Assembly: GCA_030704615.1 (NCBI GenBank)
Contig: CM060732.1
Location: 59,830,001-59,894,000 of the forward strand
DNA: 64,000 nucleotides
Origin: Takakia lepidozioides
Taxonomy: Eukaryota; Plantae; Bryophyta
Direction: 5' to 3'
A model generated the notes under the pieces. That model made no database searches and was not told where the DNA came from. It saw only the letters and a list, made by a program, of their open reading frames with translations. Numbering within the stretch: the stretch's first letter is position 1; each line of letters begins with the position of its first letter. Of the stretch, positions 34,727 through 46,919 are shown piece by piece. Made by a program: the position numbers and the translations under genes.

Positions 34727-37279
34727 TCACCAATAATCCCCACAAGAGCAAATCCCGTCCTTGAAGTGATGAAAGCGGTTGACATCCCTTGCCACAATTT
34801 CCCGCTCAAGGATCCTAGAGATGAACTTGGTGGCGGTGTGACAATCGCCACATACCCGAAGATTCTTGACAATGCGGATAGGTGTCCGAGGAGGGGTGCT
34901 GATGAGCCCAAAAGCAATAGCCAGTTTTTCACTGTGGTAACACAGAGCATGTTTCCTCATCTGCTGATCTACATCATGCAAGACAAAACGTGTGTCTGGC
35001 TGATAACCTGCCTCCTCCATTTGTCTAGACAATCTCTCCAACTCAACATAGATCTCATTTGTTTGTGGGTGCGATCTATCTTCTGCTACAAATGCATGCA
35101 CCCCATTGTTCACCTTGATCCAGGTGACTCCTCGCACCTTTTTCACACCTCTCGCCTCCATTACTTTTCTTACCTTTGCTACAGCATCCCACCTGGCTGC
35201 CGCAGCATAGATGTTTGACAGTAGAGCATACACTCCGGCATTTTCAGGTTCTAAGTTGAGAACACGTTCTGCAGCATGTTCTGCTAACTCCATGTTGCCA
35301 TGAATTCCGCAGGCACCAAGCAAAGCCCCCCACACTGAAGCATCTGCTTCAAAAGGCATTTTATTGATTAATTCCTTTGCCTCAACAAGCTGCCCTGCGC
35401 GACCCAGCAGGTCGACCATGCAGCCATAGTGCTTCCCAGTTGGTGTGATGCCATGGTCTTGACTCAAAGAAAGGAAGTAATGATGGCCTTGATCCACCAG
35501 GCCCACGCGACTGCATGCAGAGAGAACACCAATAAATGTTACATCGTCTGGCTTCACTCCTTCCTGTTGCATCTGTTCAAAGAGTTGAAGGGCCTCCCTA
35601 GCACGCCCATGCTGGGCATATCCTAGAATCATCACATTCCATGAGACCACATCTGCTTTGGGAATTTGGTCAAACACTTTCCGTGCATTCATCACATTCC
35701 CACACTTTGCATACATGTCAACAAGAGTATTTCCCAAGGTAACATCTGACTCAAATCCAGATTTCATGATCTGGGCATGGACCCACTTGCCCTCTTCCAG
35801 GGCTGCAAGGTTGGCACACAAGTTGAGGATTCTAATGAAAGTGACCTTGTTGGGCTTCACACCTTCTTGGTCCATTTGCCTAAATAGTTCAAAAGTCTCC
35901 TCATCATGACCCTGCTGAGCACAGCATGCAATCATCGCAGTCCATGAAATCACATCTCGCTCAGGCATTTCGTCGAACACTTGGCGCGCATCCAACAGGC
36001 TCCCGCACTTGCAGTACATGCTAACAAGGGCGTTCCCCACTCGGACGTCTGACGCAAATCCAGCTTTGATGATGTCTTGATGGAGTCGTTTGCCTTGTTC
36101 CAGAGCTGCTGGGATGGTGCACGCATTGAGTATGCTGATGAAAGTGACCACATTTCTTTCTGGCATTTTGTCAAACAATTGGCACGCATCCACCACACTA
36201 CCGCACTTGCAATACATAGTTACCAAGGCGGTCCCCACTCGGACATCAGACTCAAATCCCGCTTTGATGATGCCGGCATGGACCAACCTGCCTTCTTCCA
36301 AAGCGTCTGGGATGGCACATGCATTAAGGATGCTCATGAAAGTGACCTTATCGGCTTTTACGCCTTCTCTTTGCATTTGCCGAAATAGCTCCAACGCTTC
36401 CTCAGCATGCCCTAGCTGGGCTAATCCTGCAATCATCGCATTCCAGGAGATTACATCTCGCTCTGGCATTTTCAAAAATACCTGGCGCGCATCCACCATG
36501 CTCCCGCATTTGCAATAAGTGCTGAGAAGTGCAGTCCCCACTCGGACATCTGACTCAAATCCAGATTCTACGATGCTCGCATGGACCTGCTTGCCTTGTT
36601 CCAGAGATGCTGGGCTGGCACATGCCTTGAGGACGCTAACAAAAGTAACCTTGTCAGGCCTCACGCCTTCTCGTTGCATTTGTCGAAAGATTTCAAAGGC
36701 CGCTTCACTATGTCCGTTCTGAGCTAATGCTGCTATCATCATATTCCAGGAGATCACATTCCGCTCAGGCATTTTTTCAAACACTTTGCGCGCATCCACA
36801 ACACTCCCACACTTCACATACATGCTTAGAAGGGTGTTTCCCAGGAAGAAGTCCGGCTCGAATCTACTTTTAAGGATGTGCGCGTGCACACCCTTGCCAT
36901 CTGCCAGGGCTTTCCTTCTCCCACATTCGAGCAGGAGCCGAGTACACGTCTCGTAATACGAACCAAAGCCTCGTTGCTCCATCCGATCCAAAATTCTCAC
37001 TTCCTCCGTCAATTGTCCCTCTGTGCACACCGTGCTTACATCCCCTCTACTTCCCCAATTGACATTGCTGCGTCTCGCCTCGTTCGCTATTTCTCTGCGC
37101 CCTCCATCAGAAGCAGTGCTGCTTGTGGCCATTCCCTTGGCCGCACTCTGATGCCCAACAAACACCTGGGGCTGATTCCCAGCTTGAAATTCCGCCTCCC
37201 CACATGACAACAAACAGTCTCTGGAGCACACCCTCTTGGACACTGAAGGTTGGGTGTGGAGAGGCATCATGCATTTCAT
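34727..37279 (-). CDS. Full-length PLS-E-DYW PPR organellar C-to-U editing factor
   Basis: 850-aa intronless ORF with PLS array, E1/E2, HSEKLAIAFG, KNLRVCGDCH and HHFKDGICSCGDYW. Confidence 0.95.
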   Translation of the reverse strand: MKCMMPLHTQPSVSKRVCSRDCLLSCGEAEFQAGNQPQVFVGHQSAAKGMATSSTASDGGRREIANEARRSNVNWGSRGDVSTVCTEGQLTEEVRILDRMEQRGFGSYYETCTRLLLECGRRKALADGKGVHAHILKSRFEPDFFLGNTLLSMYVKCGSVVDARKVFEKMPERNVISWNMMIAALAQNGHSEAAFEIFRQMQREGVRPDKVTFVSVLKACASPASLEQGKQVHASIVESGFESDVRVGTALLSTYCKCGSMVDARQVFLKMPERDVISWNAMIAGLAQLGHAEEALELFRQMQREGVKADKVTFMSILNACAIPDALEEGRLVHAGIIKAGFESDVRVGTALVTMYCKCGSVVDACQLFDKMPERNVVTFISILNACTIPAALEQGKRLHQDIIKAGFASDVRVGNALVSMYCKCGSLLDARQVFDEMPERDVISWTAMIACCAQQGHDEETFELFRQMDQEGVKPNKVTFIRILNLCANLAALEEGKWVHAQIMKSGFESDVTLGNTLVDMYAKCGNVMNARKVFDQIPKADVVSWNVMILGYAQHGRAREALQLFEQMQQEGVKPDDVTFIGVLSACSRVGLVDQGHHYFLSLSQDHGITPTGKHYGCMVDLLGRAGQLVEAKELINKMPFEADASVWGALLGACGIHGNMELAEHAAERVLNLEPENAGVYALLSNIYAAAARWDAVAKVRKVMEARGVKKVRGVTWIKVNNGVHAFVAEDRSHPQTNEIYVELERLSRQMEEAGYQPDTRFVLHDVDQQMRKHALCYHSEKLAIAFGLISTPPRTPIRIVKNLRVCGDCHTATKFISRILEREIVARDVNRFHHFKDGICSCGDYW

Positions 37280-38184
37280 CTTTTGTGCACAAGGCAGTCA
37301 GATGAGGGGGCAGATACACCGAGCATTTCTTTCTTGAGCTGGATTGTTGAGCTGCAAACTAAAATTCCAGTGAAACACTCAGAGCCCATCTCCATTTCAT
37401 GCATCTCTCTCACAGTCTCTCTCTCATTTCCTTCTTCCGAATCAATGTCGATGGCTTTCTCGAAACCCAAAGATGAAATGGAGAGGTTCTCCTATGTGGG
37501 CTGTGAAGTTTGAACCCACAAACCGCCGCAGCGTGCCCTAACTGTGGCTCTTGTCAGGTGGCCTTCACACGACAGGGAAAACGTCCCGAGCGATTGAAAG
37601 GGTGTCCCGAGTGTATGTAATAAGGTATGGCATCCGCTTGGTGCTTGCAGTTATCCGCCTTGGAGGAGTGTGATTTTGAGTCTTGCAGGGAGTGCAACTG
37701 CACAGATTTGAGGTTGTTTGATGTAATTTTCTTTGTATGTTCTTGCAATTGATAGTTTACAAGGCAAAGGAAAAGACTTGCATAAATTTTCTGCGTGTGC
37801 TTTTCCTTGCAAAGAATGACATCTGTCTGTGCAAAATTTTCCTCTTAGACTCCTACAGACAGCTAAAATGCACATGGTCTGACAAGTCGCTGTTGTGTGT
37901 GCCTGTGAGAAATGAATGATTTGGGAGTCTGAATTTGTAAAGGTAACTGCTTCTTTCTCCGTGTACTTTTCCTAGTAGCCTCTTGAAGATCATTATCTCT
38001 GGTCCCTACATACTTGAGTGGTCGTCACGGTGCTCTGTCCTCCTTTGCGTTTAGTCAGAATTGGAGTAGTACGAGAGATTCTGAAATTGTCGAAGGGACA
38101 CTTTGTGTGTTGTAGAGCGTACTCTCCTAAGAGCTTGGCTCTTTCGTGACTGCGCGAAGTGAAGGCTCTCTAAGAAGTGGAACC

Positions 38185-41100
38185 ATGGGGCCTAAACCAC
38201 CAGAAGAAAAGAAGAAGAAGGTGCACGCTCATCCCATCTTATAGGCCAATGGTCCCGTCAGTGGTAGTGCCAGGTTTCACAAACTTAGCAACACAGTTCC
38301 ACTAATAAGAAGTTAAATTGCAAAGATGATCTGCAAGTAGAACAGAAACATGTTAGCTTTTATCTATATTGGTGTTTGATTGACTGGCTGAACCTTGATC
38401 AAACAACACCTCCTCTCAGGTATCCCCTTGTACTCAACATGCTTATCGTCCTTACTCAAATTTTTAGTATGTGCTAGGGGATACCGGGAACTTGTAGCAT
38501 ACAATCTTGGTAAGCTGCAAAAGGTCAACATGTCAATATTTCAGGGACAAATTTAGGCTTGGGTTGCATTTTATTTTTGAGTTATGATGAGATGAAGTAG
38601 TGAGTATTCCCATCACAAAGGGGCCAGACACTTCCTCGTCACACTATTGGATGCCAAAAAGAAGATGCATCAACATCTTGATTCTGGCCGATAACAGAGC
38701 CTTAAAAGTTTTTTATACTGATTTTGAGAAGGAAAAGGATGTGGTAGGGGCGGGGGTAAGTGGATCTTAGATCATCCTTTCAGAGAGTATGAGAGTTGCA
38801 GATTGTCAATTGGAAGCCTGTTAAGGGGTACGTGCCAGTTGCATGCTTTTGAAAATTGTAGTGTTAAATTCCAGGTGAAGAAGGTTCTCACAGAGGAGGA
38901 GAAAAGGATAAAGGCGGAAATGCTGGCACTTCAGGTACCAAGTTTCTCCATCTGTTCCCAATGATCACCTCTACAGGCTTGTAAATTTTTGGGCAAAATA
39001 ACAAATCCAGAGATAGGGATAAAGGTATCTTTCACATAAGAGATTGGCTTACGAAAGGGTGGGACTTAAAGGTTTAGTTTTTGGTGATCTAAAAACACCT
39101 GCATTATCTAGCACCGAGGGGAGGATGCAAGTGTGGGTTTTCATGGAAATGATTTAAGGAAGCACAAAAGCCGTGGACTACAGATGGAGTCAGTTATTTC
39201 TCTGAAGAGGGGTCATACAAAAATATTTGCTGATATTTGATGGTCTCAAATGGGAGAGCATGAACTCACTTAGTACAAATGAGTCACTTTGTACTTGTTC
39301 CCCTCTGACATCACTTAAGTTGTTTCTCTCTCACTAACAAGGATGCAATAAAGTTCATCCCTCAATCTTACTCCCTTACGCTGGAGCGGCGCTCTGCTGT
39401 TGGAACAGCTGATTGGCACATACAAAGTATGTGGAGGGCATTTGTGCAACGTCTGTTAATCCCCCGTGTCTTGTGGCTTGCTAAATTAGCTCACCTCTTA
39501 AATTACCACCAGTGTGTCCATGATGCCCACGCTAATGAATGTTGTGGCAACATGTGAAATTGGATGCATTTGAATGTCTTTTGCATCTCTTGACAGGCTG
39601 AAGAGATGCGAAAGAAAAAAATACGAGATCGAAGGGACCAGATAAAGAAACATATGGTTTGTGCCTACCCTTATGTTTTAAAGCAGCATCAGTCAGGACA
39701 CAGTACTAATGATAACAATTACCGTTCGAGTATTGACAGTTTTAGATTTGTAAGTTATAGCTTTCACTAATGCCACATTGAATCTTAGACCTGCCAGGTC
39801 CATGAAATGCACGCTTTTGTTTTGATACTACTGTGTGGAATCTATCTGGGACATAAATGCTGACCTAAAACATGTGAAGAATATTGTTGACCAGTTGATT
39901 ATTTCAGATGACTGGGTATTCTCGACAATCAAATCACGTTGAGACATGGTTGATGAAGCTTGGAAGCCTTACAATGGGTGTGTTGGTGTGTATTCAGATT
40001 GATGAGGAAAAGCTGAGCAAGATGAGTATGCTGCAAATACACAAGGATTGGCGCAAGATAATGCGTATTGCTAAAACTCAAGACCTACGCAAGGACATTG
40101 AATGGTTGTCTGAGAAGCATGTGCATCAGGTGTCCCCTTGTTCACATTTCAGGATGATAGTCAATCCATCGTCAATTGAAAGGGGTCAAGGGGTGGAGAG
40201 GGAGACAGATGCGAACTCACAGACAGATAGACCAGGAGGCATGCAGATTGAAAAACAGAGAGACATTGTTGCTTTGTCTTACCAATAAATTTTCAGACTG
40301 CCAAGGTGTGGTAGAAGGTTGATTTTTCCTTAATGGATGGATGGGAGAAGACTACAACTCAACATGTAGTCCTGCAATTGAGATGTATGAATATGCAAAT
40401 ATACAGAGTGGCGACTGTGGATATGTGGATATGGCACAGGTGGAGGTGAAGGATACCACCATAGCAACCTTCCAAAAGACAACTGATGAGTCAGAAGCAC
40501 AGCATCAGAATGCGCTAAGCAAGCACTTGAGCATGCTTGACACACTTATTGACCTCCATTACATCCGCACAAAGGTTTCCCTAGGTTCCTTCTTTTTACT
40601 CTTTCTAACACCTCTGGGTGTCAATTGTGTTGCTCTTGCTACACTTGAGCAGGAAAAAATTAGTCTATGATGCTCTATACTCTGATTAAACCCCTGATGT
40701 TGTTGTTGTTGTTCTAGACTTGTGTATAGTTTATGCCAGAATGGAACAGTGATTGACATGTTATATTGCAACATGGCCTCCATTTGGAATGCAACCGCTC
40801 CACCCAGCGAGAAACTGGTGGTGTTGTGGGCTTGTATGCATGCCATTAAGGGATTCCCCTAACAGATGTTTCCATGAATATTGTAACCAAGCAAAGTAGT
40901 TCTGTCCTCAACTTGTAACTTGACATAAGATTCTGTTTTTTTTCTGTCACAGAAAATGGAGGAAGATTTTCAAAGCCACTTGAAGAGATTGAAGGAGGAG
41001 TTTAGTCAAGAAAGAACTAACATGACAAACAACCACGAAGCACAGAAGAAGGTTGTTGTCTACCCTCTCGCAAAGTCCTACAACACAACACTTACAGTTA

Positions 41101-44100
41101 TCTTACCTGGTCCAAGAAGTACAGAGATGCCTGCATGCTCAAGCACATGTGAATTATGTGGATGTAATGATTTGCTCTTAATTCAGGCACTGTCATGGAA
41201 CCTGTTGGGTATCTTGAGGATGGATCTGGCATAGCTCCCAACAGTTCTGAATATGAACATCCAATGAGAGAGACAATGTGGTGTTTGATTGCAGAGTTGG
41301 AAATGTGACATTTTTCCCAAATGTCTGAGGTTGGCCAAAGCTAAAGATGGCTGATAATCGAGAAAAAATTTCTTCCCAGACGTCAACTTCTAGTGGGAGT
41401 TGCAGCCTCGTCAAGGTGTTGGCCCAGTTTCTCAAGTACTCAGGAGGGGCTTGTACATGTCTGCAGGAAATGAAAGATATGTTAGCCGCAATGAAGGCTG
41501 AGTTTGATGAAGCCCTCGATGAGAAAAGACAAGAATTTGAAACCATGCGTGAAGAGCTTAAGGTATTTTTGCTGCCCTTCCTCTCATCCTGCAACATACC
41601 ATGGTTGTCCTGTGGCATCAAGTGAGATAGATCCTCATCAGGGATATTTTGTCCCTTGCCCACTTCTGAATTCCCCTGTACTCTTCAATAACCACAGACC
41701 ACAATTGCATCGTTTTCTCTGCACAGTATTTGGTTTGCAACACAGGCAGGACCCACATGATGTGCTCCTTGGCCGCTGGTTTTGGGACTACAGACCACCC
41801 AAGTTCAGTCCCATGGTGTCGATCACAGGGGGATTACTCTGTATGTTGCACTTAGAAGTCCAGTTGATGAAAATGGTTGATGGTTCGTCCAAAATAACCA
41901 TCCTTATTGGCCTTGTTCCAGAATAAAAACACAGAAGATTACAATGTCATGAAGATATCATTAGAAAGTGGAATTGAGGAGCTTGAGCGCCGCATTGAGC
42001 ACACCCATCAGGTGATCACTATCCAGCATTAATACATGTTCACTTACTGTACCCTGCCGTCAGCATTTGTGACTAGCACTGGACATTTCAATAGAATCAA
42101 TTGATCACTCCATCAGCACGTTCTAAAGTTATAAACGATGCAAGGGATGACAGACATATTTGCATACCACGGAGGCAAAGATGGTAACATTCAAGGCACT
42201 GGTTGCCAAGGACGCCATCACTGCACGAATCATCGAGCAACGCATGCGGAGGCTCATACGCCTGCATGACACCCTTGCTTACTGGCGTGTCCGCATTGCC
42301 ACCAACAGGTGCCCCACCATTTTCCTCTTTTCTTTTCTCTTTTGAGATGGAATTGGCAGCTAAAGGGAGCTTCATTCCACCATCTATGGATGAAGGTATT
42401 GACGGAAGGTTCTAGGACCCATCAGAGAGGCATTAGCTCTACATGATGATGACAAGAATCAGAATTCTCATCCCTACTCATTGAAGCACACAACATTGCC
42501 AAACTGGGAAGTTTTGTGTAGATATATTTCACTTGTCTCACTTGCCTGCAAATGGGATGCCAGCCAGCTGGTCTGTTGACTAGAGCAGAGACTTTCTATC
42601 TGTGACCTTGGAGGGAGTCAGCATCCAAAACCCCCTGAGCTTTCCTACAGGAAACATTATACAGCCATTATATTTGAAAACTGAAGCCACTTGTGATACA
42701 CTTTCCCTGATACATCTGGCTCTCGCCACATAAGCTTAGACATTCTGATGACCAGATGCACAGAACTAAATAATACAGCCTCGATCTGTGATGGGCCCTA
42801 CTTTCTACCATGTTTGGACAGCAAAGAGTGGGAGGCAGCTAATAACACTCTACATGATGAGAAAGACCGAATAAACAAGCACTACCAAGATCTCAAGAAA
42901 ACTCTCAACAAGTTGCACAACTCAGAGCATCACAAACTGAAGGTGCCTCCACATTTTACACTCTATTTGTTAAATGGCAGCCAGGAGTGCATCTAACTGG
43001 ATGGGATTCTACAGATTTGGAACCAGTCAATCCATCTCTCTCTCTGCACCTTTTTAAAATTCTTTCCTTCCTTTCTATCAAACGTTATAAAGTACCTTTT
43101 CATTTCATTCCATTTCCTTACTTTCTATGTTCACATTCTAAGGGCATTGGGCAGTTCAGGGTGTGCTGCCATAGTCTGTGGATAGAGACTGGTAGGTGGG
43201 ATGACCTGCAACGTGAGACCTCCTATCCCCGCTTGGGCTGGGAACAAAAGGGAAATCAGCAAGTGAAGAATATTTCTTCTTTCATTGCCCTTTCTACCGT
43301 AAGATCCGTGGGAGATTCAGTGGTCTATCCCGTGATATCCCATCTCTCCGGAGGTTTTCCGTTATGAGGATTAGAAATGCTTGGCAGCTTACCTGCATGA
43401 GTTTCTGTTGACTCTTAGACAATCCTACAATAGTTGCTTTTGGCGCTTGTGGAGGGCCCCTCTCTCTTTCTTTTTGCTTTCTTTCTCAGGGTGGGTTCCC
43501 ACAACCTATGGACAGAGACTGGTAGATGGGAAAACCTGCAATGGGAAGGACCGCCTATGTCCAGCTTGCATAGGGCGCAGCCGGGAAATTGAAACTGAAG
43601 AACACTTCTTCTTCTATTGTCCTCTATACTACGAGATCCGTGGGAGATTCCACTGTTTATTCCGTGGAACCCAATCTCTCACTGAAGTCTTCCACTATGA
43701 GGATCAGAAATGCTTGGCAGCTTACCTGTTTTGTTTCCTCTCTCAAGTTTTCTTGTCCCATAAGCTGAGCTTTCCGCGGACGTTATAAAGCACCATTTCA
43801 TTTCATTTCATTTTCTCATGTCCCATATAATATAACGTACCATTTCATTTCTCTCACTCGTTTTTCCGGTTGGGCCTTCTGTCGACTTGGTAAATTTCTT
43901 CTTGTTCTCTATGAGACTATGAGGGTCAGAAATGCTTGGCAGCTTACCTGCACGAGGCCTTGACCCTTAGACAATCCCTTGAGCAGTAGTTGCTTTTGGG
44001 CTGTTTTTTGGCTCTGGTTTTGTTTACTCTCTCTGAGCTTTCCGCGGACGTTATAAAGCACCATTTCATTTCATTTCTCTTGTTTTTTCCATTTTGTCCC

Positions 44101-46919
44101 ATAAGCTCTTTGAGCTTTCCGCTTACGTTGTAAAGTACCATTTTATTTCATTTCCCTCTCAGGATAGGATGTATGCAGCTTGCAACATGTAAGAAGTGGA
44201 GACAGGAGATCATTTACAATGCCACGATGAGAAAGATACAATAACATTTCAGAGGCTCTCCTACCTGGCAGGGGCACTTAGTTTTGGAGACCAGAATCGA
44301 TTGGTAGGTTCCCTCCCATAGGTTTTCCACCTTCGAGCACGGATATAGGATGGTTAATATTTCCTCTCTTGTCCAGTAGGCCCTCTGGGCCTCCTCTGTC
44401 ACAAGGCTTGTTTGAATAGGCCCTTGTGCATCCAGTGGACTTGATAAATTCTTCTCTTTTCTGCGTTGAAGTCTTTTTTGGGACTCTCATTTGGAACATA
44501 GTCCTGTAGGCTCCCTGTACCTCTTATCGACATAATAGATTTCCTTTTGACTTTTAAGATTAGTTATGCAACAGAGGAGAAGTGAAGGGGCTGAAGGGAT
44601 ACATCAACTTCTTCACAGCCTCAATGAAGGCCAAAAGGGCCTCCCCACGTTGGGCTCCAGGGTTAAGTTCAGCTGGCTGCTTGTCATAGCAGTAAGTTAA
44701 CTCTTCAGGGAGAAAGGGAATCCAGATACCTGATCTGTGGAAATGGTTGTGAGCTTTTCCATGGGTAGTTTCCTCACCTGTGGAAAATATGGCACTGCAC
44801 CACTGTACACTTCAAGAAGCTCAAGACTGTGTCAACAGCTTGAACCGTCTTGTGGACTCAGTTCTGGCATGAATCATTGCATCAAATTGATGCTAGAGAT
44901 ACATGCTTTCTAGAGTCCACCTGGAAGGCCAGAAGTTTATAGATTCAGGCATTTGCACAGGGCTGCAAGCTTTCTGCGACTACGAAGGCCCCCATTCTGT
45001 CATTCCAAACCTGTGACACCTATTTTCCCTTTGTGTGTTTGCTAGGACAGGAAATATCCAAGCATGTCATGGAGGCTACGAAGGATCTGAAAAACAAGCA
45101 AAGTGTGGCTGAGTATGTGCTTAAGCTGGCGGAGTCCAACAGCAAGGTGACATTGGATTAGTCTAATGTTAACATTGTGCTATTCCTTGTGAAGCTGTAG
45201 TCATGATTTATTGTCTGGTAAGGCAGGGAGCTGTTCACTAAAACAACAACCATACCTTGAGGCTTGGCATGAAGATGACAGACAGTGAGTCAATATTTTG
45301 AAGTTTTCGTTACTTAAGTACATATTATCCTGGCCTATGTTGACACTACAGCTGGAAACAGAGTTCGAGAAAATCTTCCCATTTGATCCGTTGCACTGTT
45401 CCTCCATCCCAACTATTCCAGGCACCAGGCTTGACCACGACAATTGTAAGGTCCTGAATGCAATCCATCCTCATTTCTATCCAGCAGGGGTTTCACTCTG
45501 CTCAGGTTTCTGTTGTCATTTCGGCCATGAAATCGGTTGAGTTGAAGGATATCTTTTATGCCATGAAGCTCTTTGGCTTACCCATTGGGCAGTTCCATAC
45601 GGTGACCAATATGGGACCAAGAGTGCATCATGCAACCATGGACTACCACTCATATCATCCTTGACCAGAATGTTATATAGCCGTGGCTTCAGTTGAAACC
45701 TCAATCAATTCTTTTCTACCATGGGTTGCTTCTTAGGGACCAAAGTTTGGTCCAAAGTCTTTACACAAACTTAGCATATATGTTGATGCTGGTTCAATTT
45801 AGCTTCAGATTAGCCCCTACTTATTAAGGCTGGTGAATAATGGAGAAAACAATCTTTGGCCTGTCTCTTTCATTCAACCATCCATTGGCCTCTCGATAGG
45901 CTGTGTTGAGCAGTTGGTCCTGTAATTTCGGCGACGTTAATCAAACTTTTTCTTTTTCTAAGGCATCCTTCTGGAGGAAAATTCAATGAGGAAATGTTTA
46001 TCATGCTTATGTGTTATGAGGTGCATTCAGAGAGGTTTGGGCAATCTTCATCTCCTCCTCCCTTGTGCACATTGCGTTCTGTCATGTGAACTGTATTGCT
46101 GCTGTATCTTCCAAATACTTACACATTTAGTTCTTATGGTGTGCATCTGCAGCTGATAAAGAGATTGTTGCTTTATCAAGTCGGCTATCCCAGCCCCACA
46201 GGGTGGTTCCTTTGGCAAGAGCACGGAGCATGATGGGCATGGAAATCCCCATTCCAAGTCATGTTCCAGAAGAACCCGGCTGTCGAGATGAAGGATGTAG
46301 ATTTCAGTGGTCGTCATATGCTTTGGATGACGCTGGCCTTGCAGTAGAAGAGTTGGACTATCTCTCCAAGTTTTATAGGCGCTTTAACAAGGTCAGCGAG
46401 CTGTGATGCCCTTGACCAAATGTCCTGACAAGTATGTGTGAATAGAATGTACTCATAAGACGTTGTTTGCTGTAGCGTTGTGTCCATTGATGGGCGAACG
46501 CGCCACTTAGAAGTTTGTAAAACTCATGAGACGTCTCTGGAACTGGGATGGCGCAGGTAATGCTAGACAAAATGGCCCTTGAAATGGCGAGAACCAAGTT
46601 GCGTGACGAGAATGTGCAATTATCAAGCACATTAGGAAACTTCTTGGATGGACTGACTATCTCTGAAAGGATGAAGACTGGATACAATGCGTTGCTGGTT
46701 GGTTCTCGCCCCCAATCCTCCAGCAATCCCTACTCCACCCCCCTGGGTTCTGTTCATTTACTTTGGTGTTTCACATTCAGAGCTTTAGCTCGTCAGTTGC
46801 ACCAACCTGTGCCTCTACATGCACTGATATGCTTTTATCTTTCTCTTCCTGCATCTATACATGTGTGTGTTTTCACTAGCCAGGGCTTATGTTCCGCCTT
46901 TTCACTCCACTCTAACTGA
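38185..46919 (+). CDS. DRC2: Dynein regulatory complex subunit 2 (CCDC65), ~14 exons; 3' end approximate
   Basis: GT-AG exons at about 38185-38220, 38875-38934, 39597-39656, 39998-40129 (WRKIMRIAKTQDLRKDIE), 40440-40574 (ESEAQHQNALSKHL), 40953-41051, 41467-41562, 41922-42011, 42154-42308, 42822-42942, 45052-45147 (LKLAESNSK), from 45352 (LETEFEKIFPF), to 46391 (FYRRFNK) and from 46557 (VMLDK..ENVQL..FLDGLTIS). The motif order is colinear with CCDC65. Confidence 0.88.
43080..44160 (+). mobile_element. Stack of 5'-truncated RTE-X-like LINE ends in a DRC2 intron
   Basis: Repeated IETGRW / ETEEHFFFYCPLYYEIR segments and several GTTATAAAG(C/T)ACC(A)TTTCATTT tails, all in the same orientation. Confidence 0.8.

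Noticed and set aside
44160-44900. Possible L1-like fragment in a DRC2 intron
   Set aside because: Only vague residue similarity, with no boundaries or second copy in the window.
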